Source: Lama guanicoe
Lineage: Eukaryota
Direction: 5' to 3'
DNA length: 64,000 nt
NCBI GenBank assembly: GCA_013239625.1
Contig: MU053513.1
Location: 2,778,927-2,842,926, forward strand
Positions within the stretch are counted from its first letter, which is position 1. Each line of letters opens with the position of its first letter. This document shows, piece by piece, positions 27,251 through 40,149 of this stretch. A model generated the notes under the pieces. The model was given only the letters and a program-made list of their open reading frames with translations. It did no database searches and had not been told where the DNA came from. A program made the position numbers and the translations under genes.

Positions 27251-28499
27251 CATGACCATTCTCTTCATTTCTTTTCTGCTCTGCTCCCTGGGAAATTGGG
27301 CACTTTATTCTATTCACTACAAATGCTGTGGTTAAAATATTCCTACTTTGTGAAGCCATTTAATATTGGCATGTGGGATATCTCCTCTTTTTTCCTCTTA
27401 ATCAGTGTTATTGTTAACAACTCAGAAGCAACACAGTGATTATGCAGAAAGAAGTGAAATCTCAGGGGCTCATAACCTTTCAGAAAATGAAAGCTCTCTT
27501 GGGCTGAATTTCCGCATGCTAGCTCTTACTGCAAAGGTGAGTTTTGTGTGTGAGTGTGTGAAGAAAATTTGATAAAATTCTCTTTGACAAATTTCTGAGT
27601 TATTGGAGCATGAAAAAAGGTGTTTCTCATACCTTGAAAGAAATTCTAGGTGCCTTTTTCAGTGCATGAATATCTCAATAAGCAGCTTGATTTTAAAATG
27701 TCAAACTTGCCACAGAACTTGGTTCTTGGGTAGGACAAACGCCTTTGATTTGTTTGAAGAAATTTGATTTGGAAATAGCCAAGTGATTAGTTGTCGGGAC
27801 TAAAGCTTTGAAGTCAGAGTATGGATTTCTATTATAGGCCCTTGCAGAGCCCCAGACATTTGCATGTAAAATATTTCTAGAACTTCTGCATATGCTTAGA
27901 TATTAAAATAAGCACGCTTAATGCATTTATAAGATCCCATCTGTCACATACACAATGCACTTTAAAACGCTACCCAATGAGGAAATATCGTCTTGTTGTT
28001 TAACCTTGATCAAACAGGAGAACGAGCACAGTGCTGATGAAATATGATGGCTGAAGTCCTAAATGCACAGTTGTATTTAATTCTGTACCTTGTGTATCGG
28101 GGATGCTGTTAAATAACAGCTCTTATGAGATCTCCATTCGAAAGAGACTCAAGAATGTGGAGCAGAACCAAAGAGAGTCAAGAATCATTTGAGCACAAAA
28201 ATAGAAGCCCAAAAAGGACCTTGGAACATCCAGTCCCCTCCTGAGGTTACAGACCTGCGGGATGTTAGGGTGGGGGGAGACCCAAGGGAGATCACCTACT
28301 CTGAACCATTCGTTTTACAAAATCAGGAAACTGGGGTCCAAATTAGTTTGTTAAAACCTTATTTGTGCTTTTCTTTCAGATATTCAGAAAATTCTACAAC
28401 TTGCTCTAGCAACAAATTCATGTGCTTAATCATCAGGAAGCTGCAACTACCTTAATTTTCTCCAATTAGGCCTATTTTCTTGTTGTATGTGGATTTAAA

Positions 28500-28650
28500 A
28501 TAACAGTACACCATGCATCTCTGTTAGTGACTAATGTTAGAACATGACGCTATGACAAAATGTTAGAAATTGGATGTAATTAATCCAGAGATGAGAAAAC
28601 TCACAGAGGACCTAACCAGAGTTTTTCAACAGATTCGCAGTTATCACTGA
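28500..28650 (+). mobile_element. L3/CR1 LINE fragment
   Basis: tgttagaaattggatgtaattaatccagagatgagaaaactcacagaggacc...tttttcaa resembles the CR1/L3 3' ORF region. Confidence 0.5.
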
Positions 28651-28694
28651 GATATATATGTATATATGATATATATGATGATGCAGCATCGGAA

Positions 28695-28900
28695 GGGTTA
28701 AAAGTGAGAGCTTGGAGCAGAGGATGTAAATTCAAGCTCTGTCCCTTACAAATTGTGAAAATGGGCAAATTATCTTCTCTAGGTCTCTATTTCTTTATAG
28801 ATAATACCAATGGATAGTATTGAAATAGTGTGTCAAAAAAAGGACTCAGAAGAGTGCCTAGCCCATTTAAACACTCACTATATGATGTTTTGATTACTGT
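28695..28900 (+). mobile_element. MIR SINE
   Basis: ggttaaaagtgagagcttggagc...tgggcaaattatcttctctaggtctctatttc. Confidence 0.7.
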
Positions 28901-31900
28901 TACTGTTATATACTATATTTGCAGGGTAATAAAAAAGGGAGCGATTACCTTTTATCATTACCTTTATTATCTCTAACATGTGATTTAAGCTCTATGTTAT
29001 TTTAAGCTGTATACACACATAAGACTTTACTGCTATAAAGAGAGTTTGAATGACTAGTATTTGGGGTAGGACTGGGGGAACTCTTAAACAGATTACAGGA
29101 GGATGTTTTTCCTCTTTCTTCCTCAGACATCAGTGGTGTGACAGCGGCTACACGTACTGTGTATCCCATGCAGTGGAATAGACTAGGTGACATTTTAGTA
29201 TTTTTTACTGTGCTTTCCTAATCTTTGTCTATCCAACATCATCTTTGAATTCCATCTTATTTTCTTAGTTGCATGAAGTATTCAATTCACTCAAAAGAAA
29301 CTTAATAACTGATATAGAAAGCCACACATACAAGGCTTGTGTCCAATCTCAAGATCCAGTTATAAGAAAGAGCTATTATTTTTATCTTTTTTTCAGAAAC
29401 ACAGAAGATAAGTCCTGCCTGTTATCACTAGAGATTCTAATTTATCTGGGTAAAATGAATTCTAAATGATTATTGATAGTGGTAACTCTTATGCAAATCT
29501 ATTTTGGATCGGTAGTTGAATGTTAATTTGCACCATAATGAAAAGCAAATCCTCTATATTCTCACTCTTGTTATTTAATACAAATTGATGTCACAACATG
29601 ACCCAGTAAAGAAAAAAAAATCTTTCTCTATTACTTCTATTTGTTAGTTTCACACATTTAATTATAGACGTAGGAGCTGTCAATTTTGTTGCTTTTATTA
29701 ACCAACAACTACAGACAACATCAGTACTTCAGGTCAGTAAGTTATGTTAAAAAATGTGATTTTTTTTTACAGGTGGATTGACCAGCAAAATGATAATTTG
29801 GATAATAGTGTTTGACACTCACAAACTCAGGGGAGTCCTTACAGGCCAATCAGGGGTAGCCAGGATCTTGTTTGATTGTATGATGTTATGTGAAGTCTAG
29901 GGAAAAAAGAAGAATGTTGACTTTGCCTCTACATTCCAATAACCCCCTCCAAAACTCATTTCCTGGAGTAAGCTCTTCTGATGATGTGAAGATCTGTGTG
30001 GAGTGGGCAGTGTTTCAGTTCTGGTGTATGTCTCCAGAACAACATTTTAAGCATATCGATACTGTGCTGGGGCGGGTATTATGAATTAGTGAACAAGAGA
30101 AAGGTCACAAATCTGACCATACAGAGAAGAAAGTCAACCAGAGAAAAGAAACCTAGAGCCACATGGCTGGGAAAATAATGGTGCTGGGAGTATCTTCATC
30201 TTAGAGCAGGAAAAACATTTCCTGTTCATTTCATGTCATCTTCTCTCATGGGTATTAAAAGCCCATTCTTTGTCTGAAGGGAGCTAGAGATACTGGGCTG
30301 TGTAGCAAGGAACCTGACTTCACTGAGGAGTTGAAGTCTTTCTAGAAATTACCTACAATAGATCAGCCATAACAGAAAAGCCTGCATACATCAAACATGG
30401 GACTGGTATTGGTTTTACCTGGGATTCCAAAAAATTTCCTGAGAAAGTAAACCAAAAGGGCCTCCAGAAATCAGAAAAGGATGTGCTTGCAAAAGCGCAA
30501 GACAGGTGGTCTACATCCAGTGAAGAAACTTCCCTACCCCAAACAAAATAACTTTTGACCACATGACATGCAGTTTAAAAGGAAATTAGCCCAGACCAGA
30601 GAAACAGAATAGGATCAGTTGAGGTTAGGGGATGAAACACACAGAGAGGGTAAGAATGAGAGATCATCCTCCACAGTGAGTAGCAGGGCCTGCAGGAAGA
30701 AGCAGCCACAGCTCCCTGTTCACCACTCCCCTCTACAGACCCTTCCAAAAAGGACCATGCTATGGATTAGTCTGGTTCAAAGACATCTTCCTTGGCCACA
30801 GGCTCATGTAGGCTTCCAATGCTGAACACAAGTGATAAAGGACAGAGCCCATGAAAGAGCAGTATCTTCAGAACAAGGTATGGAGTAAAATGATGAGAGA
30901 CCTTGTCTTTCATGTTCATTCTTTGTCACGTGTACTTAGGAGAGTGTCTGGCACATGAGAACTACTCAATAAATCTGTGTTGGGTGGATGAATGACTGAA
31001 TGAAGCGTTGAGTGGAGGTTGGAGCGTGTTCTTTCTTTTGGTGTGACTTTTGCCTTGAGAATAGATAGAGAAAGGGCCCCAAGAAAGCTGGGAGAGGCAG
31101 ACGGAGCCAGCTCTGTCATACGCAGTGGGACAAGTGTGCTCAGGCTCTCTCCACCTTGAGCTGTTTCTCTTCCCCGATAAACGTGCTTTTCCTGAGCCAG
31201 CCTTCATCGTCTATCAGATGTGCATGATGCCAAAGGCCTGGGTCCAGTGTAGGCTAAGGGTAAAAGGAACAAAAGAAGCTGCTTGCCCTAATCTGCTCCA
31301 GGCTCTACGTTATACTAAGACCAAGCCAGCCCAAGGGCACTCTGCTGGTCCAGCCTGTCTCCCAGAGGACCAGGACCTCAGCTAAGGTGCCACTCAGACA
31401 GTGGGTCACAATTCCATCTGCCTCTTTTAACATAAAATATTGGATTCACCAAAAATAGGCTCGATTAAAACATGAGAAAATATTTTGGAGTACTTAAAAA
31501 TATTTCTCCTTTTTCTCTTTGTAGTCAATGGAAAGTAGAAAGATAGGACAAAGAGAAGTGAGAAAGACACTACTGGCGTTTCTGAGAAAGCATCTTGGAA
31601 CACAAGTCAGAAAAGAAAAGCTCAGGATAATCCTAGATCATGGCTTCAGGAGAATATTTCTCTCCTGGGTCCACAGAGAGACAGGAGCCAAGGCAGGTGC
31701 AGAAGTTGAAAGAGACACTAACCACTGATGAGGATTTCCCTTCCACTGGTTGATTAAAAATGTCCTGCAAATCCCTCATCGTGAAGGGATATTCAAGCTA
31801 CTTGCATGCAGCACAGATAGATCTGAGGGCGGCCAATGGTCTGGGCTAACCAGCTGTTCATTTTCATAAAGGGCAACATGATTTTCAGTTTAGGGTTTTA

Positions 31901-32207
31901 ATGACAGCTTGTGCCTGATGCCATAAAACCCTGTATCCAAACTGCTCCTCTGAGGAGGAGAAAGAAATTTGTGCAAAGCACAAGGATATTGTTCAGAACT
32001 AATGTGCTGAATGGTCTCCAGTCCTGAAAATCATACCTAAGCTTATTGCATCTCAGTGATGGCCCTGTTCCAACAAGGAAAGCAATTAACAGTCTTATTT
32101 AAGCCGGTGTACGTCTGAATCAGAATCAGAATATTTTTCTCATTCTTTTTTTCAATACTTATTGGCATAAGGACCCCAGTAACGAACAATACAAATTTAC
32201 ACTAGAG

Positions 32208-32402
32208 CAGGGGTCTGTGAACGACAGCCTATGGGTTAAATTCAACCAGTGTTCTGTTTTCATATGTGCTAAGAATGGTTTGTATATTTTTAAAGAATTG
32301 TGTAAAATAACAGAAAAAAAAATGAGATAGAGATCATATGTGACCAGCAAGGCAAAAATATTTACTGTCTCATCTTTCACAGAAAAAGTTTGACAAATCC
32401 TG
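32208..32402. mobile_element. hAT-Charlie MITE (MER58-like)
   Basis: caggggtc...gcaaaaatatttactgtctcatctttcacagaaaaagtttgacaaatcctg with CAGG...CCTG termini. Confidence 0.85.
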
Positions 32403-32719
32403 CAACAGAACATGGCTTATTTTCTTTCATCCAAAATTATGAATAATGAAATGAGGAGGACCCAGCATGTCAGTTTCGGTTTGCCTGAAAATTTACAAAG
32501 ATTCTGTGAAACAACAGACTCTGTCCCCTAAGAGGGAAATCTTACAGATACATATACATTACAAGTGACCTGTTATTACATAATATATTAAACAATCGTC
32601 ACATTTAAATCACTGACTGAATACACTCAGACTGTATTTCCTTATGTTGTAAACATTTCCGAAAAATTACCTCAGTGATGGGACAAAAATGACAAATTAG
32701 CACTAATTCTAATGACTAT

Positions 32720-32950
32720 AGGAACCACCCACTGGGCCCTTACCAGATTAAGTGCTTCACATCCAATATTCCATTGATTTTCAAACAACACCCTGAGCCA
32801 GGTACTTTCCTCATTTTACAGATGAGGGGACTGTGGCTCACAGGGGTTAATGGCATGTCCAAGCCTCACGCTCAGTAGTGACGGGACAAGGATTTGAAGT
32901 CCATTCTAACTGACTGCAGAGCATAGGCAATAATCTTTATACTATAGAAT
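32720..32950 (-). mobile_element. MIR SINE
   Basis: ctcattttacagatgagggactgtggctcacaggggttaa. Confidence 0.8.
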
Positions 32951-34489
32951 CTCTACACAATACTGGCTCGCTTAGAAGAGATGCAGTATACTTGATTTTT
33001 CACTCTTTTTGGAGCAACCTGGCAAATGGGAAGTCGTAATGTTGCCTGCTAAGTGGATTGCAGCTTCCTCCCGGCACACAGACACAGCCGTCCTGATCAA
33101 GACACAAAAGCGCACTTTCTGAAGGTTTAAGAATCCATAAAAGGAAAGCATCTCTTGTCCTTTCTTTGTGATTTAAAAACCTGAGGTTAGGGTTTCTCAT
33201 TTTCCTTTCAAGGGAGAAGTTTTGAACGATGATCATTTCAGTTGAGTGTGTGTGTTGGGTTTCTTATTTTCACTCAAGCAGTGCAGCCTTCCTGAGGTGA
33301 AACTAAAATAAGACGCAATCCCATAGGACACTACGTTGCTTTTTTTCCCCTCACATGTGACCTCTCCCTCTCCTTTGTTTCTCCCTTCTGCTGGATGGCT
33401 CCACCTTTGCTACTGAATATGGGAGAGAGAAGTCAGAAAACACCCTTTAGGTTGGGACAGGAGGGAAGGAGAGCTGGTTGCATCTTTTTGTTTGAAACCA
33501 CTAACAGCTCCAGCCCCGACTAGGTCCTCAGTTTTCGGCCTGTGTCTCTAGCTGCTACTGGAACACGTTTACAGGGAATTTGTGCTGTCATCAAAAAAAA
33601 ACAACTGCAAACTGGACTTACCTTCCTCAAGAATCCAGTTCTTTATCTAGACATACTGCTGTCCAGATAAACATTATTTCCCAGAAGTAGCATTTCATAA
33701 TAATCTTTTTTTATTTTCTCCTCTGCACCCCCATCCAATCACCAGGTCACACTGAACATGGCCACCTAATTTTCCCCCACTTCTCTTTCCATATTTGCCA
33801 GCTCATCTTCTGATTATGTCCAAGGGCTTTTCATTTGACCCTCTGCCTTGAGACTCTACCCCTTCACATCTTACTGCAGTGTAACAGAGCTCTCAAAATT
33901 CAGAGGCTTAAAGTGATAACCACCATTTATCTGCTGATTCAAGGGAAGGGGACAGACTTCATTTCTTGATGGGAAAAGTGACAAAATAATATTGCAAAGG
34001 GCACGTAGGGTGGGAAGGCTTTTTATGTGACCATCACAACAAGATAAAATCCACAGTCTAGCACTTATGTTTCCACGTTAATGGATTCCGGCCTACTCTA
34101 AAACAGAATGGTCAGTCCTATACAAGTGAATTTCACATCCATAACTATATTCAAGGACAGATTAGGTGGCACAGGGATAGGATCTAACCCAACTAGAGAA
34201 GTCCACCTTCCTAATAGCATTGCAAATTTGTAAGAAAGAGAAAGATGATGCAATAAATCAAGAAAAGTATGGATATAAGCAATAATTTATTTGTGGTGAA
34301 GAATCTTTTTTTTGGGTGGAAAATTATTTTAAATTCCTAACTTTGTACTGTAGACCGCAGTCACTTTCAAATGGTTCCCCTTAGGCTTGTCATCCCCTGG
34401 AAGTGTTTCGCCTGTGGAAGCAAACATGACTGTCTCACTTTGTGAGCACAATTTCTTATCATATCAGAATTCTCACTCCTTTTGTCAGA

Positions 34490-35130
34490 CTATCCATTCT
34501 GGCTGGTGTCATCTTGTCTCCAGAAGTTACTGCTGTGTAACTACTTCATTTATCAGCCCTACTCCATTCCTCACTCCTGCCACTTCTTTTCTCCCTCCAG
34601 ATGAGCTTGTTCCTATTTCACAAAGACAACCAGCTATTAGTCATGAATGCTCTCAACTTTCTGCTCCCCACAACAAACATACACATCCTTAGCTTTGCCC
34701 CTCCTTGTTAACTTCACCCTAGACTCCACCTTAGAAAACAAGAAGCCCCTCCTATCCCAGGTTGATCCAACCATCCACCTCTTCTCTGAGTTCCATTCTG
34801 CCTCATCTTCTATAATATTATCCCATCAACCAATCCCTAACTTTTTTATATCTTCAACCCCTCACTCACTGAGAACCATTTCTTTTCCTCCAGCATATAA
34901 AATATTCATCTATCACCTATCTGGAATAAACTTCTTAAACTTTGCCCCCTATCTGACTATGACCTCATTTTCTCTCAGAGTTTGGGCTGGACCTTGGGCA
35001 GTTCAGCTCCAGAGCCTGTGGACTCACTCATCAGTCTTTATTGACTCAGCCATTCATCCTGTTCAGCCCACTGCAGTCTGGCTTCTGCCTTCACTGCTTC
35101 CCTGAAACTGATCCCACAAAATCACCAGGG
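34490..35130 (+). mobile_element. L2 LINE internal (RT-region) fragment
   Basis: Pyrimidine-rich body. cccactgcagtctggcttctgcc...ctgaaactg corresponds to the decayed LQSGF..TE motif. Confidence 0.7.
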
Positions 35131-36429
35131 CCGTGCTAGTTGCCAGTTTCAATTGATACCTTTTGGCTCTCGTCTAAGGTGGTTAACAAATTATTCAGAA
35201 AGAGGAAGAATAAAACTGAAAAGAAAAGAAAGAGGGCAGAGACTTTCCATCTCTTGCTCAGCTGGGAGGGCAAACCATGGGAAACCTTGCCCTTGTCTGA
35301 CGTGGCTGAGATAAAGGAAATGAATCTTTTCTCCAACTCTTCAATGGCTTATGTATTTTAGAACACATTTTTACATGGAAACATCTGAAATGTTAGTCAG
35401 TTCACATCACAAACTCACAAATAAAGGCAACGGCTCATTACACTTGCAAGTGACCCCACAAATCGATGTTTACCTTGTTAAACACCAATTTTGCTCGAGT
35501 CGTTGAATACTCTTACTAACACCTGCACAGAACATGGGCCTGCAAAGCCTTGTGGCTTTTAGAAGAACTTCATAACTCAGTTTCTTAATAACTGGTCAGT
35601 AGTGTTGGCATGTGCAGCTATTGAAAAAGGTCCCGCTTATTAAAAAAAGTAATACCCTTAATCTTGTTCAAGTTTGAAAACAGAACTTCTTAAAAAAATT
35701 GTTTGGAAATAAACATAATGACAACAAAAAGTTTCAAAAATGATGCCAAAAGCATGAAGAATGTAAAACAAAGGGGAAATAGTTCATTCTCAGATATTTG
35801 AATATTTTTCATTTCTGTCTCATTTAGATAATGTTTCGACAAATGTATATTGAATGTTAAGTGCATGCATGCTGCCCTACTCTGTGCAGAGAGATTTGAG
35901 AGAAAACAGGCCCTACTCGCCTAGGCTTTGCATGCTAGTGCTCGCTGTATGTGCAAACCGGTGAACCTCTGTTCATTCATGAGGCACGTGCTGACTGCCC
36001 TCGATGGGTGGGTATATCACTGCCTTTAAGGATCCCGCTTTCTGAATGTCCAGATGAAAATGAAGGGAGGAAACAGATACAGGAAATCTTAGAAGGCAAG
36101 CCACCACTTTATGAACATTACTCAAAAACAATGAAAGAAGGAGGACTAGGAAGTTAGAAAAGCATTATGAGCAATAAGATAAGATAAATAAGAGTTTGAG
36201 TTGTCTTTTCCTATTAAAAGGAACCAGGACTTCTTGGATAAATGGTTAGGGCAGAGTATGTACAAGATGAGTCTGACATACTTTGTCATAAAAGAAGAAA
36301 AGACTACTAGAAACATGTCAAAAAGACTCAACAACCAACTTTATGAGGTTTCCAACAGCCAAAGATGGGACAATTTAGCTTCAGTAAGGAAATACTTCTC
36401 ACAGAGTGAGATAAATATGCATAAATCCA

Positions 36430-37000
36430 TTCATTAATAATATTTATTAATTATTAAAATTGATCACCTGCAAAGGATGGTAAATTAAAAAAAAAACCCA
36501 TTTTCAATGAGCTTATAGATCACTAGAGAAAAAGACAAGAACACCGTGAATAATAATACACAGCAGGAAAAATATTTTTAAACACTTAGAGCAGCTATAA
36601 GCACACAGCAAGCACCTGATAAATATGTGTTAGATAAATGGTAAGTGCTATAACATCAGTTCATGTTAAGTGCTGTAAATATTAGAATAAGGAACTCTGT
36701 GGGTGTTTCATAAAGACAGCATTTGAACTGGACCTGAAAGAGATTCGTAGACCACCACTGACAGGCATGGAGAAAGATGCTCCAGGGCCAAGGCACAAAG
36801 GCAGGAAAGCCTAACAGATATGTGACCAGTTGCTTTTGCCAGGATTAAAAGGTTAACCAAGGAATAGTATTTTAATCAATAGGCAATAAGGACAGAAGCA
36901 TTACTGGGGAGTGGTAAGACAGGATTAAAACTTTGACTTAAGAAGGTGAATTGGTAATGGGGTATTAACGTAGATTGGAGAGGTGAGATTCTCAGAGGGA
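36430..37000 (-). mobile_element. L2 fragments
   Basis: attcattaataatatttatt; gacagcatttgaactggacctgaaag; gccaaggcacaaaggcaggaaag. Confidence 0.6.
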
Positions 37001-37019
37001 AAGAAACCAAGGCATGCTT

Positions 37020-37470
37020 GTCTTTCCATCAATAACTCACACGAGGCCTGGCTATCAGTATGTACAGTGGATATCTGTCATCTGCTTACAGCATCCAGTC
37101 GCGGCTTCTGGTAAAAGCATCTCAGCATCATCGTCCCTGCCCCATGCTCAACCCAGCTGTTTGCAGCTGATCCCAGCTCCAGGGGAGAACAGTTAACTCA
37201 GGCAAAACCCTGGCCTCAGTGATGAGTTCTTGAAATGAACATGTGACCCAGTTCGAACTAAAGAGATCAGATGATCAGATTTTATCCAAATTCTCAGAAA
37301 AGAAAACCCTTTATTTATTTATTTTTTTTCTATTGGATTTAGGTAAGCACAAGGGAAAAACCTGTTTGAAAATAGACAACACAGGAAAAAAGTGTATTTA
37401 TGTTCGTGATATAATAGTTTCTTAAGTTGTTTAAGCCATTTTCAGCTGGAATTTTCATCTAACTTACAAA
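37020..37470 (+). mobile_element. Old MaLR/ERVL LTR (MLT1J/K-like)
   Basis: ccctggcctcagtgat...catgtgacccagttc...ttgtttaagccattttcagctggaatttt. Confidence 0.55.
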
Positions 37471-39374
37471 TAAAAAGGATCTCGACTGATACAATAAGAG
37501 CTTTACTTAACGAATAAGCATAAAAACAGGTGATTGGTTTTAAAAGCAGAAATAGATGTGGTGGGAGAAGAGACCAGTCTTTGGTTAGACTGTCTACCAT
37601 TTCATGTCCCACCCCTAGATGCCAACAATCAATTAGTTTCACTTGGAACCTCTTTTGCCCATGAACTATGATTCATTTCTACCCAACCATATTATGATAT
37701 ATGTTTCTATCAAGTCAATCACAGAGAATCCCAGTACTAGGCACACAGTAGCCATGCAATAAACCCTTTGCTTGGTTTGTTGCAGAACCTAAGCTTTAGA
37801 GAGAGAAAAAAATCAAGAAAGCTCCTGTTTCCAAAAAAATAGTATAGTTTTGCTGCAAGTAAAAAGAGATTAAAGCTGGAAATGCCACTTGGCTGGCTCA
37901 ATAATCTCTGCTGGGCAAATGCTACAGAAGCAAGAGGGGCCATTTTCATTAGTGCTCACCTGGAGCAATGGCTCCAGTAAAACACACACACAAAAATCAC
38001 ATACCTGTCAGAACATTTCAAACTTTTTTCATTCTAGGAGTTTACTACAAACTGGTCACGGCCACTCTGTATTCCCATAGTGGCATTACATTGCCAAGGC
38101 TTTGGCTGTTCTGAAATAAAGTAACTGCTCTCCTCTGCCTCACCTGTCATTAAATTGGTGGGCTTTATACATCATTCATAAGCCTCCTGGTGTTATTTAT
38201 TGTGAATCTCTCTGGCTCAAGTCACATTTAAGCAACATACTAAGAAACAAGTGTTCCAGCCACTAAACAAAACTTATATAAGAAGAGAAATGATTTGAAG
38301 CATGTTCTGGATTCAGCTTCCCTTAATACAGTTAACTGGATTAGCTGCCAGGTATATGTCTCTTTGTGAATTGTTTGATAAATTTGTGACTCTTTCCCCT
38401 CAAGGTTTCTGAATTGAATTCATTCCACATTTACTGAGTGTGTTCAATATTTACTGAGCGCCTATAGTAGCCAAGAAACTGGGCTGGATCCTGGGACAAT
38501 CCACTGTTTTGTACTATTAGATATTATCCCTCAAATCTGTAAGAAAGTAACAAAAATGTAAATGACATGAAGGAGGAAACAGGAGGAGATGCAATGTGTT
38601 AGGGCAGCAATAGACAGGGAAGAAGTCTTTCAACAGTAGTCTTTTGTTAGAAGAAAAAAAAAAAACCCAACAGTTTGGGCTAACCCCCAGGCTAAATCAT
38701 TGCAATACACAACTAGAGGAATATAAAAGAAACAGATACAATAATTGTTTCCTGCATGGATAACATTATTTTACTACCTAGCTAATAATATTATAATAAT
38801 CAATGAGTTATGAGGCTGTCTCTTTTATACTACTAAGGCAGAAAAGGCAACGAGTCTTCATCTCCAGATACAGCAGTCAGGAAAAGACTATAATTTTTCA
38901 TGGGTGATGCCAGAGTATCTCCTTTCCTTCCTTCTTCCCTCTCTTGATTCCTTCATTCTCTCCTTCTTTTCTCTATTTCATAAATATTTACTCAAAACTA
39001 CTAAAAAGTTAAGAAGAAATTTCCATAGTTTTTGCTATTGTCAAATTAGATTGATTGGAAACTCCTTCTAATTAACTCCACTGGCCCATCACACTCTGGA
39101 CCTGGAATTCCATAGTCCCTCAACCTCAAATGATAGGAGTCTAGATCTGCCAGTATTACAAGCGAAGACAAAATCTTTTGGTTAAAAAAAAAAAGAATAA
39201 AGAATAGGAACAAAACTATAACTAAACTCCCCATTTATTAGTGCTTTTAGATGGGTGGGTAAAAGCATTAGCCTTGAGAGTTTACATCACTTCGTTAACT
39301 GCAGGGCTGGCATATTCAGCGATGAGAAGCTGACAAATCTAGGGGCAAATCTCCCTCAATATATTCAATAAATT

Positions 39375-39394
39375 CACACACACACACACACACA
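39375..39394. repeat. (CA)n microsatellite
   Basis: about ten CA units. Confidence 0.9.
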
Positions 39395-39854
39395 AAAACC
39401 CCCAACACTGCAGGGTGTTCTATTTAGTGAGATTCAAAGCTAGAGGATTCTTTTTGTCTCTTACTGTACGAACCCAGAAGGCTAACATCAGGTTCCTCGA
39501 TGTTATCCAAGTAACTACTTAAATCATAAGCACTAAACAATCGGAGGTAAAGGCTTTATCTAGTTGCTAACCAGGCTTCAGTGAGGGTCTTTTCTGCATG
39601 CTACATTTGTGTTTTAAAGATTTTATGAACTCAAGACTTGTCACAAACGGGCAAACTGAGCTAAACACATCCTCATTCACTGCCTACTATTGTAGAGCTG
39701 AAAAGAAGGAGGCTGGAAGGAGGGCAGGGACGAAGGGGGGGGGGAGGAGGGAGGAAGGACTGATTGATTCCAGTGTACAGAACACTATCATTTTAGTGAA
39801 AAAGATATTCAGAATAAAAGAAAGAAAAATATGAGAGTGTCAGCAAGAGCTTGC

Positions 39855-39985
39855 ATAAACATAAACACCAATAATTGGCATTTCAATGCAAGCTACTCAC
39901 CACTCGAGTTATATAAAAAAGCAAATGACCTTATCTCCACACCACTGTAGACATTCAGCCAATTGATGCAATCAAAATTGCATCT
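39855..39985 (+). promoter_or_regulatory. Candidate core promoter/enhancer motif cluster
   Basis: Tandem TAAACA (39856-39867), palindromic CCAAT-a-ATTGG (39868-39878), TATATAAA (39910-39917), TGACCTTA, TGATGCAAT (39964-39972). Motif evidence only. Confidence 0.3.
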
Positions 39986-40149
39986 TGTTTTATTTCATTT
40001 TATTTTAATTCATGTGTTACCTCTCTCTAAAATTGTTTCAGGCATCAGTTCAATCACTACATATTTGAGTACTTGTATTAAACTCAATTGAAGAAAAACA
40101 ATGTTTACAAACAACTTTCTCCTAATTAAGGCAGAAGAAAACTGGAGAG

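Noticed and set aside
34647..35105. 152-aa ORF
   Set aside because: Pyrimidine-rich L2 relic translating to low-complexity S/P/F/L sequence.
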